From Candidatus Nanohaloarchaea archaeon (GTDB taxonomy: Archaea > Nanohalarchaeota > Nanosalinia > Nanosalinales > Nanosalinaceae): 64,000 nucleotides of DNA. The DNA is taken from positions 6,746 through 70,745 of the forward strand of contig JBLGBN010000002.1 in NCBI GenBank assembly GCA_047617745.1. The letters run 5' to 3'. Of the stretch, positions 55,948 to 64,000 are shown piece after piece; the first letter of the stretch is position 1, and each line of letters opens with the position of its first letter. The position numbers and the translations under genes were made by a program. The notes below the pieces were generated by a model that was not told the origin of the DNA, searched no databases, and saw only the letters and a program-made list of their open reading frames with translations.

Positions 55948-56856
55948 TCATCCATCCAGAATATAGATATACCTCGTAAGATTCTTGTGGACATAAATCT
56001 CATGATCCGGCTCCAGACCATCCATTTCCGACTCGTTCGACATGAAAACAACTTTTCCCCGGGTTAACTCAGGAGCTTTCTCCAGAAACATCCTGGCCGG
56101 ATCACCTGACTTCTTAGACGACTGGCCGTAAGGAAGATCCGTTACAACCGCATCAAAACTCTGGTCGAAAACATTCTCTATACCCTGTATTTCAGCTTGG
56201 CGTATATCATGGTTCAGAACCCCGTAATTTTCCAGATTCTCTCTTGTTCCCTCCACCATTTCCTCCTGAACATCTGTACCGCATGGAAGTATTCCACAGA
56301 GACCTGCCTCAATCAGTATACCACCAGTACCGCAGAACGGATCCAGGATCGACCCGCCCGCCGGAACCCCGGAAAGGTTGACCATGACACGAGCAAGCAC
56401 CGGATCCAGCGATATCGGAGAGGAAAATGGTCTTTCCTGGTTCTTTCTCTTCTGAAATAATCCTCTATCGATGTCACAAACCACTCTGGCCATACAGTAT
56501 CTCCCGTTGATCCGATATATTTTCAGAGCCTCGTCCGGTTCTTCCAGGTCAACGCTGTTGTCGGAGGTCGATAACTGCTCCCCTAATTGTTTCTCCAGCT
56601 CCCTGTCCGCGTTTTCCGCTCTTACTGCGTAGGTTCCCTCCGGGCGGTAATCGGTCTCCAGATTTTCCGACAGCTCTATAACTTCGCCGACTTCATGGAC
56701 CAGAGCCAGTCTTCTAAGCTGCGAAGGTTCTGCCTCTGTCAGAGCAAACCCGTCATGGAAATCCGGGGGCTCCTCTATACTCTGCGATTCCAGAAATCCT
56801 TTCAGCTCTGCCTGCGCCAGCTCCATATCATCTCCAGCCAGTCTATATACATACAT
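55948..56856 (-). CDS. Trm11/TrmG10-like tRNA guanine-N2 methyltransferase
   Basis: An N-terminal THUMP-like region, SAM motif DPFCGTGGILIEAG, and catalytic VTDLPYG. Confidence 0.78.
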   Translation of the reverse strand: MYVYRLAGDDMELAQAELKGFLESQSIEEPPDFHDGFALTEAEPSQLRRLALVHEVGEVIELSENLETDYRPEGTYAVRAENADRELEKQLGEQLSTSDNSVDLEEPDEALKIYRINGRYCMARVVCDIDRGLFQKRKNQERPFSSPISLDPVLARVMVNLSGVPAGGSILDPFCGTGGILIEAGLCGILPCGTDVQEEMVEGTRENLENYGVLNHDIRQAEIQGIENVFDQSFDAVVTDLPYGQSSKKSGDPARMFLEKAPELTRGKVVFMSNESEMDGLEPDHEIYVHKNLTRYIYILDG

Positions 56857-57870
56857 TTATTTTCCACCTCGTAAAGTTAGAAGCGAGACATAACCTATAA
56901 TCATGCTTGCCCAGTAGTTTGTAAGCCGGAACAGAACCGAGGCGGCGATCGCCGTTGCCAGATCAACTCCAATGAAAAGCGATATCAACCCGCCCTGTGT
57001 CACCTCATAAGCTCCAGAGCCTCCCGGAGTCGGAGCAAAGTTGGCTATACCAGCAAAAGCCAGCACAAAGTATATAGGCGTCAGGTCACTGGAAATACCC
57101 AGAGATGCGAGAACCAGATAAAGGCAGATGACTCTCAGTATAAACTCTGTATGGATTATAACCGCAGTTAAAACCAGATATTTCGGGTCGCCTCCTATTG
57201 TCTCAAAGGCATCCTGAACTCCTCTAAATCTTTCCTGTACCCCTATATAAACATTCTCTCCTCTGCCCGTAAGATCCACTATAAGCCTGATTATTCTCAG
57301 TATTGCGCCCTCTATAGTGCCAGACTTAAACCAGAGCACGTACGCTATAGAACCGCCCAGAACCAGTACAAGACCTGTCAATGCAAGGAGCTGCAGCAGG
57401 AAATCCTGTAAACCTCCCAAGAACAGCAAATATATAGCCCCTCCGGCCACAAATGTGAACGTAGGGATAGCATTAACTATATCCGCAGACAGAACTGTGG
57501 AAAAAGCCTCTTCATACTTCAGATCTGTATTCTCTTTAATTACATAAGCCATAAACGGCTCTCCGCCGAACTGGCCTACAGGCGTTATAGCGTTCATAAA
57601 CTGGCCTCCAAACAGCATCCTAACAGATTTCGGGTACGAAATGTTTTCCCCCACCCTGTTCAGGAACCTGTACCATGTGAATCCATAAACAGCGAAAGGC
57701 AGAAGTCCGAATACCAGCGCAGGTAGAAGGTAAAATATATCGGCAGAGGCGAGAGCCGACATGAAAAGTGAAATATCTGCCAGGTAAATTACAAAACCAA
57801 GTATAGCTGTTGAAACCCCAAACCAGAGCGCCTTAACCAGTCTATTATCCATTAAATCACGCACCTCCAT
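56857..57870 (-). CDS. flippase-like (UPF0104 / LPG-synthase-TM type) membrane protein, copy 2
   Basis: MLFGGQFMNAITPVGQFGGEPFMAYVI parallels the hallmark loop of 50933-51982. About eight TM helices. Confidence 0.75.
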   Translation of the reverse strand: MEVRDLMDNRLVKALWFGVSTAILGFVIYLADISLFMSALASADIFYLLPALVFGLLPFAVYGFTWYRFLNRVGENISYPKSVRMLFGGQFMNAITPVGQFGGEPFMAYVIKENTDLKYEEAFSTVLSADIVNAIPTFTFVAGGAIYLLFLGGLQDFLLQLLALTGLVLVLGGSIAYVLWFKSGTIEGAILRIIRLIVDLTGRGENVYIGVQERFRGVQDAFETIGGDPKYLVLTAVIIHTEFILRVICLYLVLASLGISSDLTPIYFVLAFAGIANFAPTPGGSGAYEVTQGGLISLFIGVDLATAIAASVLFRLTNYWASMIIGYVSLLTLRGGK

Positions 57871-58059
57871 ACCCTTGAGCTAGAGCCAGTCTTGCAAACT
57901 GGCCGATATTAAATGAATATCTATAGTTATCGGCAAAAGTCTTCACTATACCAGATGCCGGCTCCGCGGCAGATACCATAAACTGAAATAAGTTCGATCT
58001 TTTTTTAAGGGATGACCAATAACCGCGGATTGAAATAAATTTGCTCCGCAAGGACTTAT

Positions 58060-58380
58060 ATGGTAACCGAAAAACAGGTTAGAGAACAGTTGAAAGAAGT
58101 AATAGACCCCGAGCTGGATATAAACATAGTTGATCTCGGGCTTATATACGAGATAGATGTAGATGAGGAAAATAACGTCGATATACTCATGACATTAACA
58201 ACGCCAGGCTGCCCACTACACGGCGTATTCGATGAACTGGTGAAGAGAGAAGTCGGAAAACTGGACGGCGTAGAGAACATCGAGGTCGAACTAACATTTG
58301 AACCTAGATGGACGCCAGAGGAAATGAGCGACGAAGCGAGAGACGAGCTTGGTAACGTACCCGGAATGGACGTATTCTAG
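58060..58380 (+). CDS. DUF59/MIP18-family Fe-S cluster assembly protein (SufT-like)
   Basis: VIDPELDINIVDLGLIYEI and LTTPGCPL motifs. Confidence 0.85.
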   Translation: MVTEKQVREQLKEVIDPELDINIVDLGLIYEIDVDEENNVDILMTLTTPGCPLHGVFDELVKREVGKLDGVENIEVELTFEPRWTPEEMSDEARDELGNVPGMDVF

Positions 58381-58671
58381 CAGAGTAGATAAATAAAAGT
58401 TAAAACATTTCTAGGAGATTTTAAACAGCTTAAAACAAATTTAATAGATCTAAAAATACTTAAGTTCTCCTTAGTCACTGGAGGATCATAATATAGGCTC
58501 TTGTCAAGCAAAAGTTTAGTTTTATAAATCGAAAATTTCAATGTCAAAATATCAAGTAAAATAAATTTCACAACCTTAAATCCAACTTAAGATCCACTAA
58601 AGATCAAATTAATCCTCAAGGCTGGAAAAAGCCGCACCAGGACCTCAAGGTGATAGATTATCTGGAAAAGA

Positions 58672-58857
58672 ATGGAAAAACACGAGACAGATGAAAAACC
58701 ACGAAAATGGAAACACCAAAAATCCGGAGAAACAGTCGAAGTCAGGAAGTTTAAGAACGGAACATGGGATACTTTTCACGAAGACAATCTCATAGAGAAT
58801 TACGACTGTAAGGAGAAAGCAATTGAAAGAGGTAACAAACTGATAGGATCTAGCTAA
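58672..58857 (+). CDS. small hypothetical protein
   Basis: 61-codon ORF directly after the low-GC spacer. Basic/acidic mixed composition. Confidence 0.35.
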   Translation: MEKHETDEKPRKWKHQKSGETVEVRKFKNGTWDTFHEDNLIENYDCKEKAIERGNKLIGSS

Positions 58858-58988
58858 TATTTTTACACCCTCCTTTTCAGCTTCAAATTTATTTCTTTAT
58901 TTTTACGAACCGGTTTGGCCAGCTTCTACACCTCTCAAACGGAAAGGTTTGTTTTTAGAGGAAAATAATATACCGGCCTCCAAACAGA

Positions 58989-60050
58989 ATGTACTATGTG
59001 ACCTCGGTAACTCTTAATCACAAAAAGACCTCCTTCTTTCTCATAATGACTGGAGTCTATCTGATTCCAGTCTCTCTTATTTCCAGCTTCCTGCTTTTCG
59101 CCACTACTATCCTTATACAGGACAAAGGTTTCCTGAAGTGGTGCAGCAAAAAGTCAGGATCTCAATCTAGCAGCGACTTCACCGGTCTGCATTTGGCAGC
59201 TCTATCGCTCGGTATGGCTCTAGTCATAACCAATATTCCATCAGAAGAAACTCTGACCGAAAGAAAAGAACCGGATAAAGTCTCATACCAGGAGTACAGA
59301 GAGTTACAGCAGGAGTATAACAGATCGGTTGAAAGCTATAAACAGCTGCAGGATGAATACAGTTCGCTCTACAACAGATCGCGGATCGGTATCTACCCGC
59401 CTTATGTAGTGGCGCATAACCGTACTTTCGAGGTCGCATTCAATTATTCGGACGGAGAGAAAGACTACTACCTGTACGACGGCGAGACATTCTCTGCTCA
59501 GATAATGAACGGGAACTATATGCGCGAGATGTCAGTCCAGCAAATGAAATACCTCGACCTGGATTACCTAGCCGATCGTTTCAAGAATGACACAAAATAC
59601 AGAGAACTAGGTGATTACGGCACCTACTACCAGCTGGAACCTTTCATAGTGCCTGAAAACTTTGAGCATAGCTCCCATCATATATACAGCAAATACGACT
59701 CGGATAAAGAACGGGTCAGAGAGGTCTGGAACGTGGTAACTCAGGTAAACACCTACAGCCCGGAACTTGAGGAGACACCGCGAATGCCTCTGGAAACGCT
59801 GTTAATGGGTGGAGGCGACTGTGAAGACACCGCCATCCTCGCCGCCAGTATGCTGGAGGCAATGCCTGCTGACTGGGATGTAAAACTACTTTACATGGAT
59901 AGCAACAACCCTCAGAACCCTGAAAATATCAACCACGTCCTTGTCTACGTCGACACTGGAGACTACCAGACGTTTATCGAAACAACTTCAGATACTGAAA
60001 TGAACCCCTACGAAGAAGTAGAAGGCTACTACGTCGATATCGGAGGCTAA
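58989..60050 (+). CDS. membrane-anchored protein with transglutaminase-like cysteine-protease core
   Basis: N-terminal TM helices, a coiled segment, then GGGDCEDTAILAASMLEA...NHVLVYVD. This fits the Cys...His...Asp arrangement of the transglutaminase-like superfamily. Confidence 0.6.
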   Translation: MYYVTSVTLNHKKTSFFLIMTGVYLIPVSLISSFLLFATTILIQDKGFLKWCSKKSGSQSSSDFTGLHLAALSLGMALVITNIPSEETLTERKEPDKVSYQEYRELQQEYNRSVESYKQLQDEYSSLYNRSRIGIYPPYVVAHNRTFEVAFNYSDGEKDYYLYDGETFSAQIMNGNYMREMSVQQMKYLDLDYLADRFKNDTKYRELGDYGTYYQLEPFIVPENFEHSSHHIYSKYDSDKERVREVWNVVTQVNTYSPELEETPRMPLETLLMGGGDCEDTAILAASMLEAMPADWDVKLLYMDSNNPQNPENINHVLVYVDTGDYQTFIETTSDTEMNPYEEVEGYYVDIGG

Positions 60051-60199
60051 AAATCTAAAGTTCATTCCCGGAAACAACAAATATACAGCTCCGGTACCAA
60101 TTACTGGGTATGGTGTGGTTCAAGCACTGAGTCAGGTTTCAACTTTACTGAGCCTGTTACTGTGGTTTAGAGGTAGTGATGAACTGGGTTCTGTAGAAT

Positions 60200-60835
60200 T
60201 TACTGTTCTCTATATACCCAATAAGAATAAACTGTAGAGAACAACGCTACTGCAAACGCTGGCACAGCATAGAAGTAAATACTGTATTCAGGTAAAACTA
60301 TTGCAGCCAGAGAGATAGCTGCAGCCAGTTTCATCAACGGAGCAGTCTTCTCGTGTGTCTCCTTCCAGACTCTATCGCTGCTCAATGTCCACGGTGTTCT
60401 TATTCCGATGAACCAGTTTCTATCCGCTTTCTCCATTATCTTTCCAGTTAAGAGGTAAGCTGAGAATATCACTGGGGCAATCATCAATGAAATGTTATAC
60501 TGGTAGCCGAGATTCCAGGCAACAATCAATCCCTGAAGGTAGGTGAATATTCCGACAAGCAGCAACTTTAGCAGTTCGAACAGGTCTTTAAAGCTTTCAT
60601 AGTTTTCTCCTAGAGGGTCAATTTTTGGTAGATACCGGAACAACAGGAACGTGATTATTCCGATTCCTGGCAGAAGCAGAAGCCCTGGAATCAACGGCAT
60701 ATAATTATCTGGCTGCCCAGAAGCGTCAAAGTGTATAGCTATCTCTCCCGGCAGCTCTGTAAACCCGTAGCCTGTAACTGCTATGAGAGCGGCTAAAAGA
60801 AGGGCTGCAAGGTAGTCGGTTTTATTCAAGCCCAT
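60200..60835 (-). CDS. SdpI/YhfL-family membrane protein (DUF1648 + SdpI domains)
   Basis: IAIHFDASGQPDNYMP (DUF1648-like) and NWFIGIRTPWTLSSDRVWKETH (SdpI-like). Confidence 0.7.
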   Translation of the reverse strand: MGLNKTDYLAALLLAALIAVTGYGFTELPGEIAIHFDASGQPDNYMPLIPGLLLLPGIGIITFLLFRYLPKIDPLGENYESFKDLFELLKLLLVGIFTYLQGLIVAWNLGYQYNISLMIAPVIFSAYLLTGKIMEKADRNWFIGIRTPWTLSSDRVWKETHEKTAPLMKLAAAISLAAIVLPEYSIYFYAVPAFAVALFSTVYSYWVYREQ

Positions 60836-60856
60836 AATCCTATCTTTGGCTTTTGT

Positions 60857-61108
60857 TTATGTTAAAGACTTTCGGGAACTGTCAAATTCTAACTTGAGAT
60901 AGACCGAAAGGAAGACAGATATTCCGACCAAGAATGCTGTAGTTATCATCGCTCCTGTAGTCATTGTACCTACGATATTGTTAGGATTTACGCTTACTGT
61001 GAGAGCTGCGTAGTTATCCATTGCGAAACTCGTTATCGGCAGCGACAAGATAGATGCTAAAAAGGCTTTCAGGACTGCTTCTTTTAGGTTTCCTGTTCTA
61101 AAATCCAT
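60857..61108 (-). CDS. small membrane protein
   Basis: 83 aa with two hydrophobic helices. A TATA-like GATTTAAAC (61130-61138) lies about 26 nt upstream. Confidence 0.4.
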   Translation of the reverse strand: MDFRTGNLKEAVLKAFLASILSLPITSFAMDNYAALTVSVNPNNIVGTMTTGAMITTAFLVGISVFLSVYLKLEFDSSRKSLT

Positions 61109-61129
61109 AAGTTTGGTTTCGTGCTTTTG

Positions 61130-61138
61130 GATTTAAAC
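61130..61138. promoter_or_regulatory. TATA-like GATTTAAAC upstream of the 61108 start (minus strand)
   Basis: Same element and spacing as at 722, 4332 and 55462. Confidence 0.35.
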
Positions 61139-61203
61139 TTTCGATGTCAAGCTTGCTTTACATATTTAAATGTTAAGTTTCCTTTACATCTATGTGAGAA
61201 TCA

Positions 61204-61602
61204 ATGAACTTCGAAAAATACGGGCTTGACAGCAGAAAAGCATACTTCATCGTCCTAATACTGGGAATGGCTTCAATGGTAACAACCTTCAATATGGGCT
61301 ATGAACTGGTCGCAGCAGGAATAACAATAACAGCAGTAACACTACTTTACCTGATTGGTGAAAAAAGCGAAAGACCTGTATTCGATGAAAGAGACCTCAG
61401 TATAGCCAAAGAATCGACACATCAAGCCGTTATGTGGACAGGTGTTTTCGGTGGTTTAGCGATGATAGTTATCTCGATAGGAATGGGTCTTAACTACTGG
61501 AGTTACCCAGAATGGGCAGCACCCTACTACCTTTCCTGGGGAGTCATAATAGGTTTAGCGGTTCTGATAGATATAGGCAAAAGGCTTAGAGGAGTCAAAT
61601 AA
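61204..61602 (+). CDS. four-TM membrane protein (DUF2178-like) partnered with an XRE regulator
   Basis: Two TM hairpins separated by PVFDERDLSIAKESTHQA. Membrane proteins of this layout commonly precede 66-70 aa HTH regulators. Confidence 0.55.
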   Translation: MNFEKYGLDSRKAYFIVLILGMASMVTTFNMGYELVAAGITITAVTLLYLIGEKSERPVFDERDLSIAKESTHQAVMWTGVFGGLAMIVISIGMGLNYWSYPEWAAPYYLSWGVIIGLAVLIDIGKRLRGVK

Positions 61603-61625
61603 AAGATGAAGAGAAACCTCTCAGT

Positions 61626-61826
61626 ATGATAGTAACAAACCAGCTCAAACAGCTTCGAACAGAACAGGATATAACTCAGGAAGAACTGGCAAAAGAACTC
61701 GATGTCTCCAGACAGACCATCAACGCCATAGAAACAGGAAAATACAATCCCAGTCTTGAACTGGCGCTGGAAATCGCCAAGTTCTTCAATACAGAAGTAG
61801 AAGAAGTATTCAGCTTGGAGGAGTAG
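61626..61826 (+). CDS. XRE-family helix-turn-helix transcriptional regulator (YozG-like, 66 aa)
   Basis: LKQLRTEQDITQEELAKELDVSRQTINAIETGKYNPSLELALEIAKFF is a textbook HTH_3 sequence. Confidence 0.88.
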   Translation: MIVTNQLKQLRTEQDITQEELAKELDVSRQTINAIETGKYNPSLELALEIAKFFNTEVEEVFSLEE

Positions 61827-61833
61827 AGAGAAA

Positions 61834-62061
61834 GTGGCTCAAAGATTTACATTCAGAAACTTCTTGAAAGACTTCGGAATGAGAATCGGTGCTGCAGCAG
61901 TTGTAGTCGGGATATTCTTCGGACTCGGCTATATCAAGAGAACAGATTTGCTCGGTTTATCGAGCCTTCTTGACGGTCAGCTTGCTTTCTTCACCGCAGC
62001 ATTTGTTTTGGTGACTTTGGCCGCAGTGACCTGGATTCTTTATCAGCAGTCTAAAGCATAA
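61834..62061 (+). CDS. small membrane protein
   Basis: 75 aa with two TM helices and a GTG start 8 nt after the regulator stop. Confidence 0.45.
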   Translation: MAQRFTFRNFLKDFGMRIGAAAVVVGIFFGLGYIKRTDLLGLSSLLDGQLAFFTAAFVLVTLAAVTWILYQQSKA

Positions 62062-62109
62062 ATCTGGAAGAGGAAATTTGTTTAACATTGGCAGCACAAA
62101 CCTATATTC

Positions 62110-62607
62110 ATGCCCTTTACTCCATTCCATTTCGGTGCAGGGATTCTAATCGGGCTGCTGTTAAGGAAATATATTGATTTCCCGACTTTTGTCGCTGCTA
62201 ACCTGATTGTTGATGTTAGAGCTACATTGATTTTCTTCGGATTTATGGACGGGAATTTACACGGATTTCTGCATACCTTTCTGTTCGGCTCTCTCCTCGG
62301 TCTTGGCTTAGCGTTAGTAGCATATCGTTTAAAGCCGTTCACAGGTCAGATAATGGAGTTTTTCAAGTTAGAACAACTGGATAACTGGAAGGGTTTCTTG
62401 GTGGCTGGAGTTCTCGGCACTTGGATTCATATTTTCCTTGATTCGTTTCTCTATGCTGATATTCAGCCGTTTATGCCGTTAACTGTGAATCCTTTCTATG
62501 GGTTGCTTTCAACACCTAATTTCATAATCTACGGTTTCAGCTTGGTTTCGTTGATTCTCGGGGGAGCATACTATCTTTACTTGCTCTGGTTAGAGCCAGA
62601 TATATAG
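62110..62607 (+). CDS. integral membrane protein (N-terminus MPFTPFHFG, DUF4184-like, tentative)
   Basis: 165 aa, with about five TM helices and several conserved-looking His residues. Confidence 0.55.
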   Translation: MPFTPFHFGAGILIGLLLRKYIDFPTFVAANLIVDVRATLIFFGFMDGNLHGFLHTFLFGSLLGLGLALVAYRLKPFTGQIMEFFKLEQLDNWKGFLVAGVLGTWIHIFLDSFLYADIQPFMPLTVNPFYGLLSTPNFIIYGFSLVSLILGGAYYLYLLWLEPDI

Positions 62608-62789
62608 TGGAGTATTGCTAAAGTAAGCCCTATCGTAGTTGAGAATATGTAGTCTGGTTCGCCAATTACCGTGCTTGCTATAAAGGCACAGATAGCTGAA
62701 GTAAAACCGACAAGCACAGCGTATTTAGCCCGCGATAATTCTCTGATTTTTTCATCTATCCTGTTGTATATCTGGCTTGATTTGCTCAT
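62577..62789 (-). CDS. small membrane protein
   Basis: 70 aa with two TM helices. Confidence 0.4.
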   Translation of the reverse strand: MSKSSQIYNRIDEKIRELSRAKYAVLVGFTSAICAFIASTVIGEPDYIFSTTIGLTLAILHYISGSNQSK

Positions 62790-62891
62790 AGATACTGTTT
62801 TCGTCTAAGACCTCAAATAGGTGCGATTTTTTGGTCCTAAGTTCGACCGACCAGACAGGTTTTAAACAGGAAGAAAAACTAATCCTTTAGT

Positions 62892-63053
62892 ATGAATAGA
62901 AGCGAGAAAGCAAGAAATATCGGTCTGTATCTAACCGTTCTCGCTGCTTTTCTGGCAGCATTTGCAGATAACCAGTTATCACTACCAAGCTTCGGACTGG
63001 CAGTAATCGGAACAGTAGTATTCGGATATGGGTTTTTAGCAGGTGATAACTGA
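62892..63053 (+). CDS. small membrane protein (53 aa, hand-called)
   Basis: MNRSEKARNIGLYLTVLAAFLAAFADNQLSLPSFGLAVIGTVVFGYGFLAGDN has two TM helices. Its stop lies 3 nt before the next plus-strand ATG (63057). This is more plausible than the two overlapping minus-strand ORFs in the track. Confidence 0.4.
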   Translation: MNRSEKARNIGLYLTVLAAFLAAFADNQLSLPSFGLAVIGTVVFGYGFLAGDN

Positions 63054-63056
63054 AAA

Positions 63057-63329
63057 ATGGATGAAGGATTACTACACCACGCTTCATTAGCCTTGTTCGG
63101 AGTTGGAATCTCTCTATCTAACGCCGTCAATGCTTACAGAAGCCTTGATATCTTCTCTGTCCTGATGGTTTTAGGCGGTATCGGTTTAGCAGTAACAGCA
63201 GGACGACCTATCATCAACGGAGACTACAAAGATTACGAAGGATACAAAGGCAACTGGACTTACTTCCTAGCTGCAGGAGCTTTAATGATGATAGCAGGAG
63301 CAGCCCTAAGAATCATAAACTCTGTTTAG
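63057..63329 (+). CDS. small membrane protein
   Basis: 90 aa with three hydrophobic helices. Confidence 0.5.
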   Translation: MDEGLLHHASLALFGVGISLSNAVNAYRSLDIFSVLMVLGGIGLAVTAGRPIINGDYKDYEGYKGNWTYFLAAGALMMIAGAALRIINSV

Positions 63330-63351
63330 ATACTCCAAGAGGGCCTATGCT

Positions 63352-63705
63352 ATGAAATTAAAAGATAAAATTTCCAAGGTTAACGGAGGGTTGATACTTT
63401 CTCTAACAGGTTCTACAGGCATACTTCTGTTTGATAGCTGGCTTTACGCCTTCTTTGCTGTTATCGGTGCTGTCGGAGCTGTCCTGATTTTCGGCAGTCA
63501 GCGAAGAGATTCTACCTGGAGTTTCAGTCTGGCAGCGGTTCTCGGCTCTTGGACTTTACTGATGCTTAACGGCGACCACATGAAGCTGGCTCTGATAACA
63601 GGGCTGATATTTTCCTGGTTACTAGTTACAGCAGACATCGACTCCACAGTCGAAATATACAACACAGGAAAAGTGGGGAAAGCAGCGGAAAAATCAGATA
63701 AATAG
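63352..63705 (+). CDS. small membrane protein
   Basis: 117 aa with about four hydrophobic helices. Confidence 0.5.
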   Translation: MKLKDKISKVNGGLILSLTGSTGILLFDSWLYAFFAVIGAVGAVLIFGSQRRDSTWSFSLAAVLGSWTLLMLNGDHMKLALITGLIFSWLLVTADIDSTVEIYNTGKVGKAAEKSDK

Positions 63706-63726
63706 AGAACTGTAGAAGCTCTACTC

Positions 63727-63909
63727 TTATTCCTTACTGCTGTAATAGCTCCCGAAGAATCCTGAGAAGAAGCTTGCGAATCCTACAGCTGTCAACGCCC
63801 AAGTAAGGTCGCTAGTAGGCATAGCCAGTGAAACACCATATGTAGCTACAACGCCGATCACGGCGCTTACAACACCGCTGGTAAGTTCTTCCTGATAACT
63901 AAAGCTCAT
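63727..63909 (-). CDS. small membrane protein
   Basis: 60 aa with two TM helices. Confidence 0.4.
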   Translation of the reverse strand: MSFSYQEELTSGVVSAVIGVVATYGVSLAMPTSDLTWALTAVGFASFFSGFFGSYYSSKE

Positions 63910-64000
63910 AACACTGTCTGCATTTCCTTGAATTAAAAACCACGTGTATAATCAGTAAGGAAAAATCTAACCCTGTAACTTTGAACCTATACCTATCACT

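Noticed and set aside
57857-58051. Minus-strand 64-aa ORF in the spacer before the DUF59 gene; also scanned for a C/D-box sRNA
   Set aside because: The ORF overlaps the flippase-like start and has no support. I found no convincing C (RUGAUGA) and D (CUGA) box pair with appropriate spacing.
58381-58671. A/T-rich spacer as a replication origin
   Set aside because: There is no adjacent orc1/cdc6 gene and I found no ORB-like long inverted repeats. It is retained only as an unexplained low-GC spacer.
62879-63130. Two overlapping minus-strand ORFs (83 and 66 aa)
   Set aside because: Plus-strand reading gives a tidy two-TM 53-aa ORF immediately followed by the next plus-strand gene. The minus-strand translations look non-protein-like.
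1-64000. Search for tRNA, rRNA, CRISPR repeats, IS elements and integrases in all spacers longer than 60 nt
   Set aside because: No cloverleaf-compatible sequence with a conserved T-loop (GGTTCRAWTCC-like) was seen. I also found no regularly spaced direct repeats, no terminal inverted repeats and no transposase or integrase-like ORFs. This search was by eye only, so tRNAscan/Infernal could still find small RNAs.

Overview
This is a dense, almost gap-free archaeal chromosome segment with about 75 protein-coding genes. I recognised no rRNA, tRNA, CRISPR array, transposase or integrase. Archaeal informational genes are abundant: Pus10, aTrm56, a Trm11-like methyltransferase, RNase Z, L21e, L39e, LX, S19e, aIF6, Rpo4/F, prefoldin alpha, SRP54/FtsY, Mre11-Rad50-HerA, and the Pro- and Thr-tRNA synthetases. 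Predicted proteins are strongly D/E-rich, there are Tat-signal lipoproteins, and spacers are very short with TATA-like boxes about 26 nt upstream of start codons, which suggests leaderless mRNAs. From this I infer a salt-in halophilic, small-genome archaeon, possibly of the nanohaloarchaeal/DPANN type. That assignment is inference only. The most unusual region is 14.5-26 kb. It holds two giant, hyper-acidic, cysteine-rich secreted proteins (about 1466-1488 aa and 880 aa) interleaved with two paralogous Tat-lipoproteins. It also holds a remnant of a third giant gene and patches of near-identical DNA that point to recent recombination. Other notable loci: an S-layer-like glycoprotein operon (27.4-31.3 kb). 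A glycosylation locus with an RGP/GT75-like transferase and a G9/C9 homopolymer tract in front of it (50-53 kb). An S66 LD-carboxypeptidase/MccF-like gene inserted into the conserved L39e-aIF6-LX-PfdA-FtsY cluster, where L31e is missing. A nucleotidyltransferase-like gene with a disrupted 5' end that overlaps a 53-aa ORF. A low-GC spacer at 58.4 kb, followed by an accessory-looking block of small membrane proteins with an XRE regulator. Three short genes fall below the 60-aa cutoff of the ORF track and were found by hand translation: LX, L39e and the 53-aa ORF. A small membrane ORF at 62892-63053 was found the same way.
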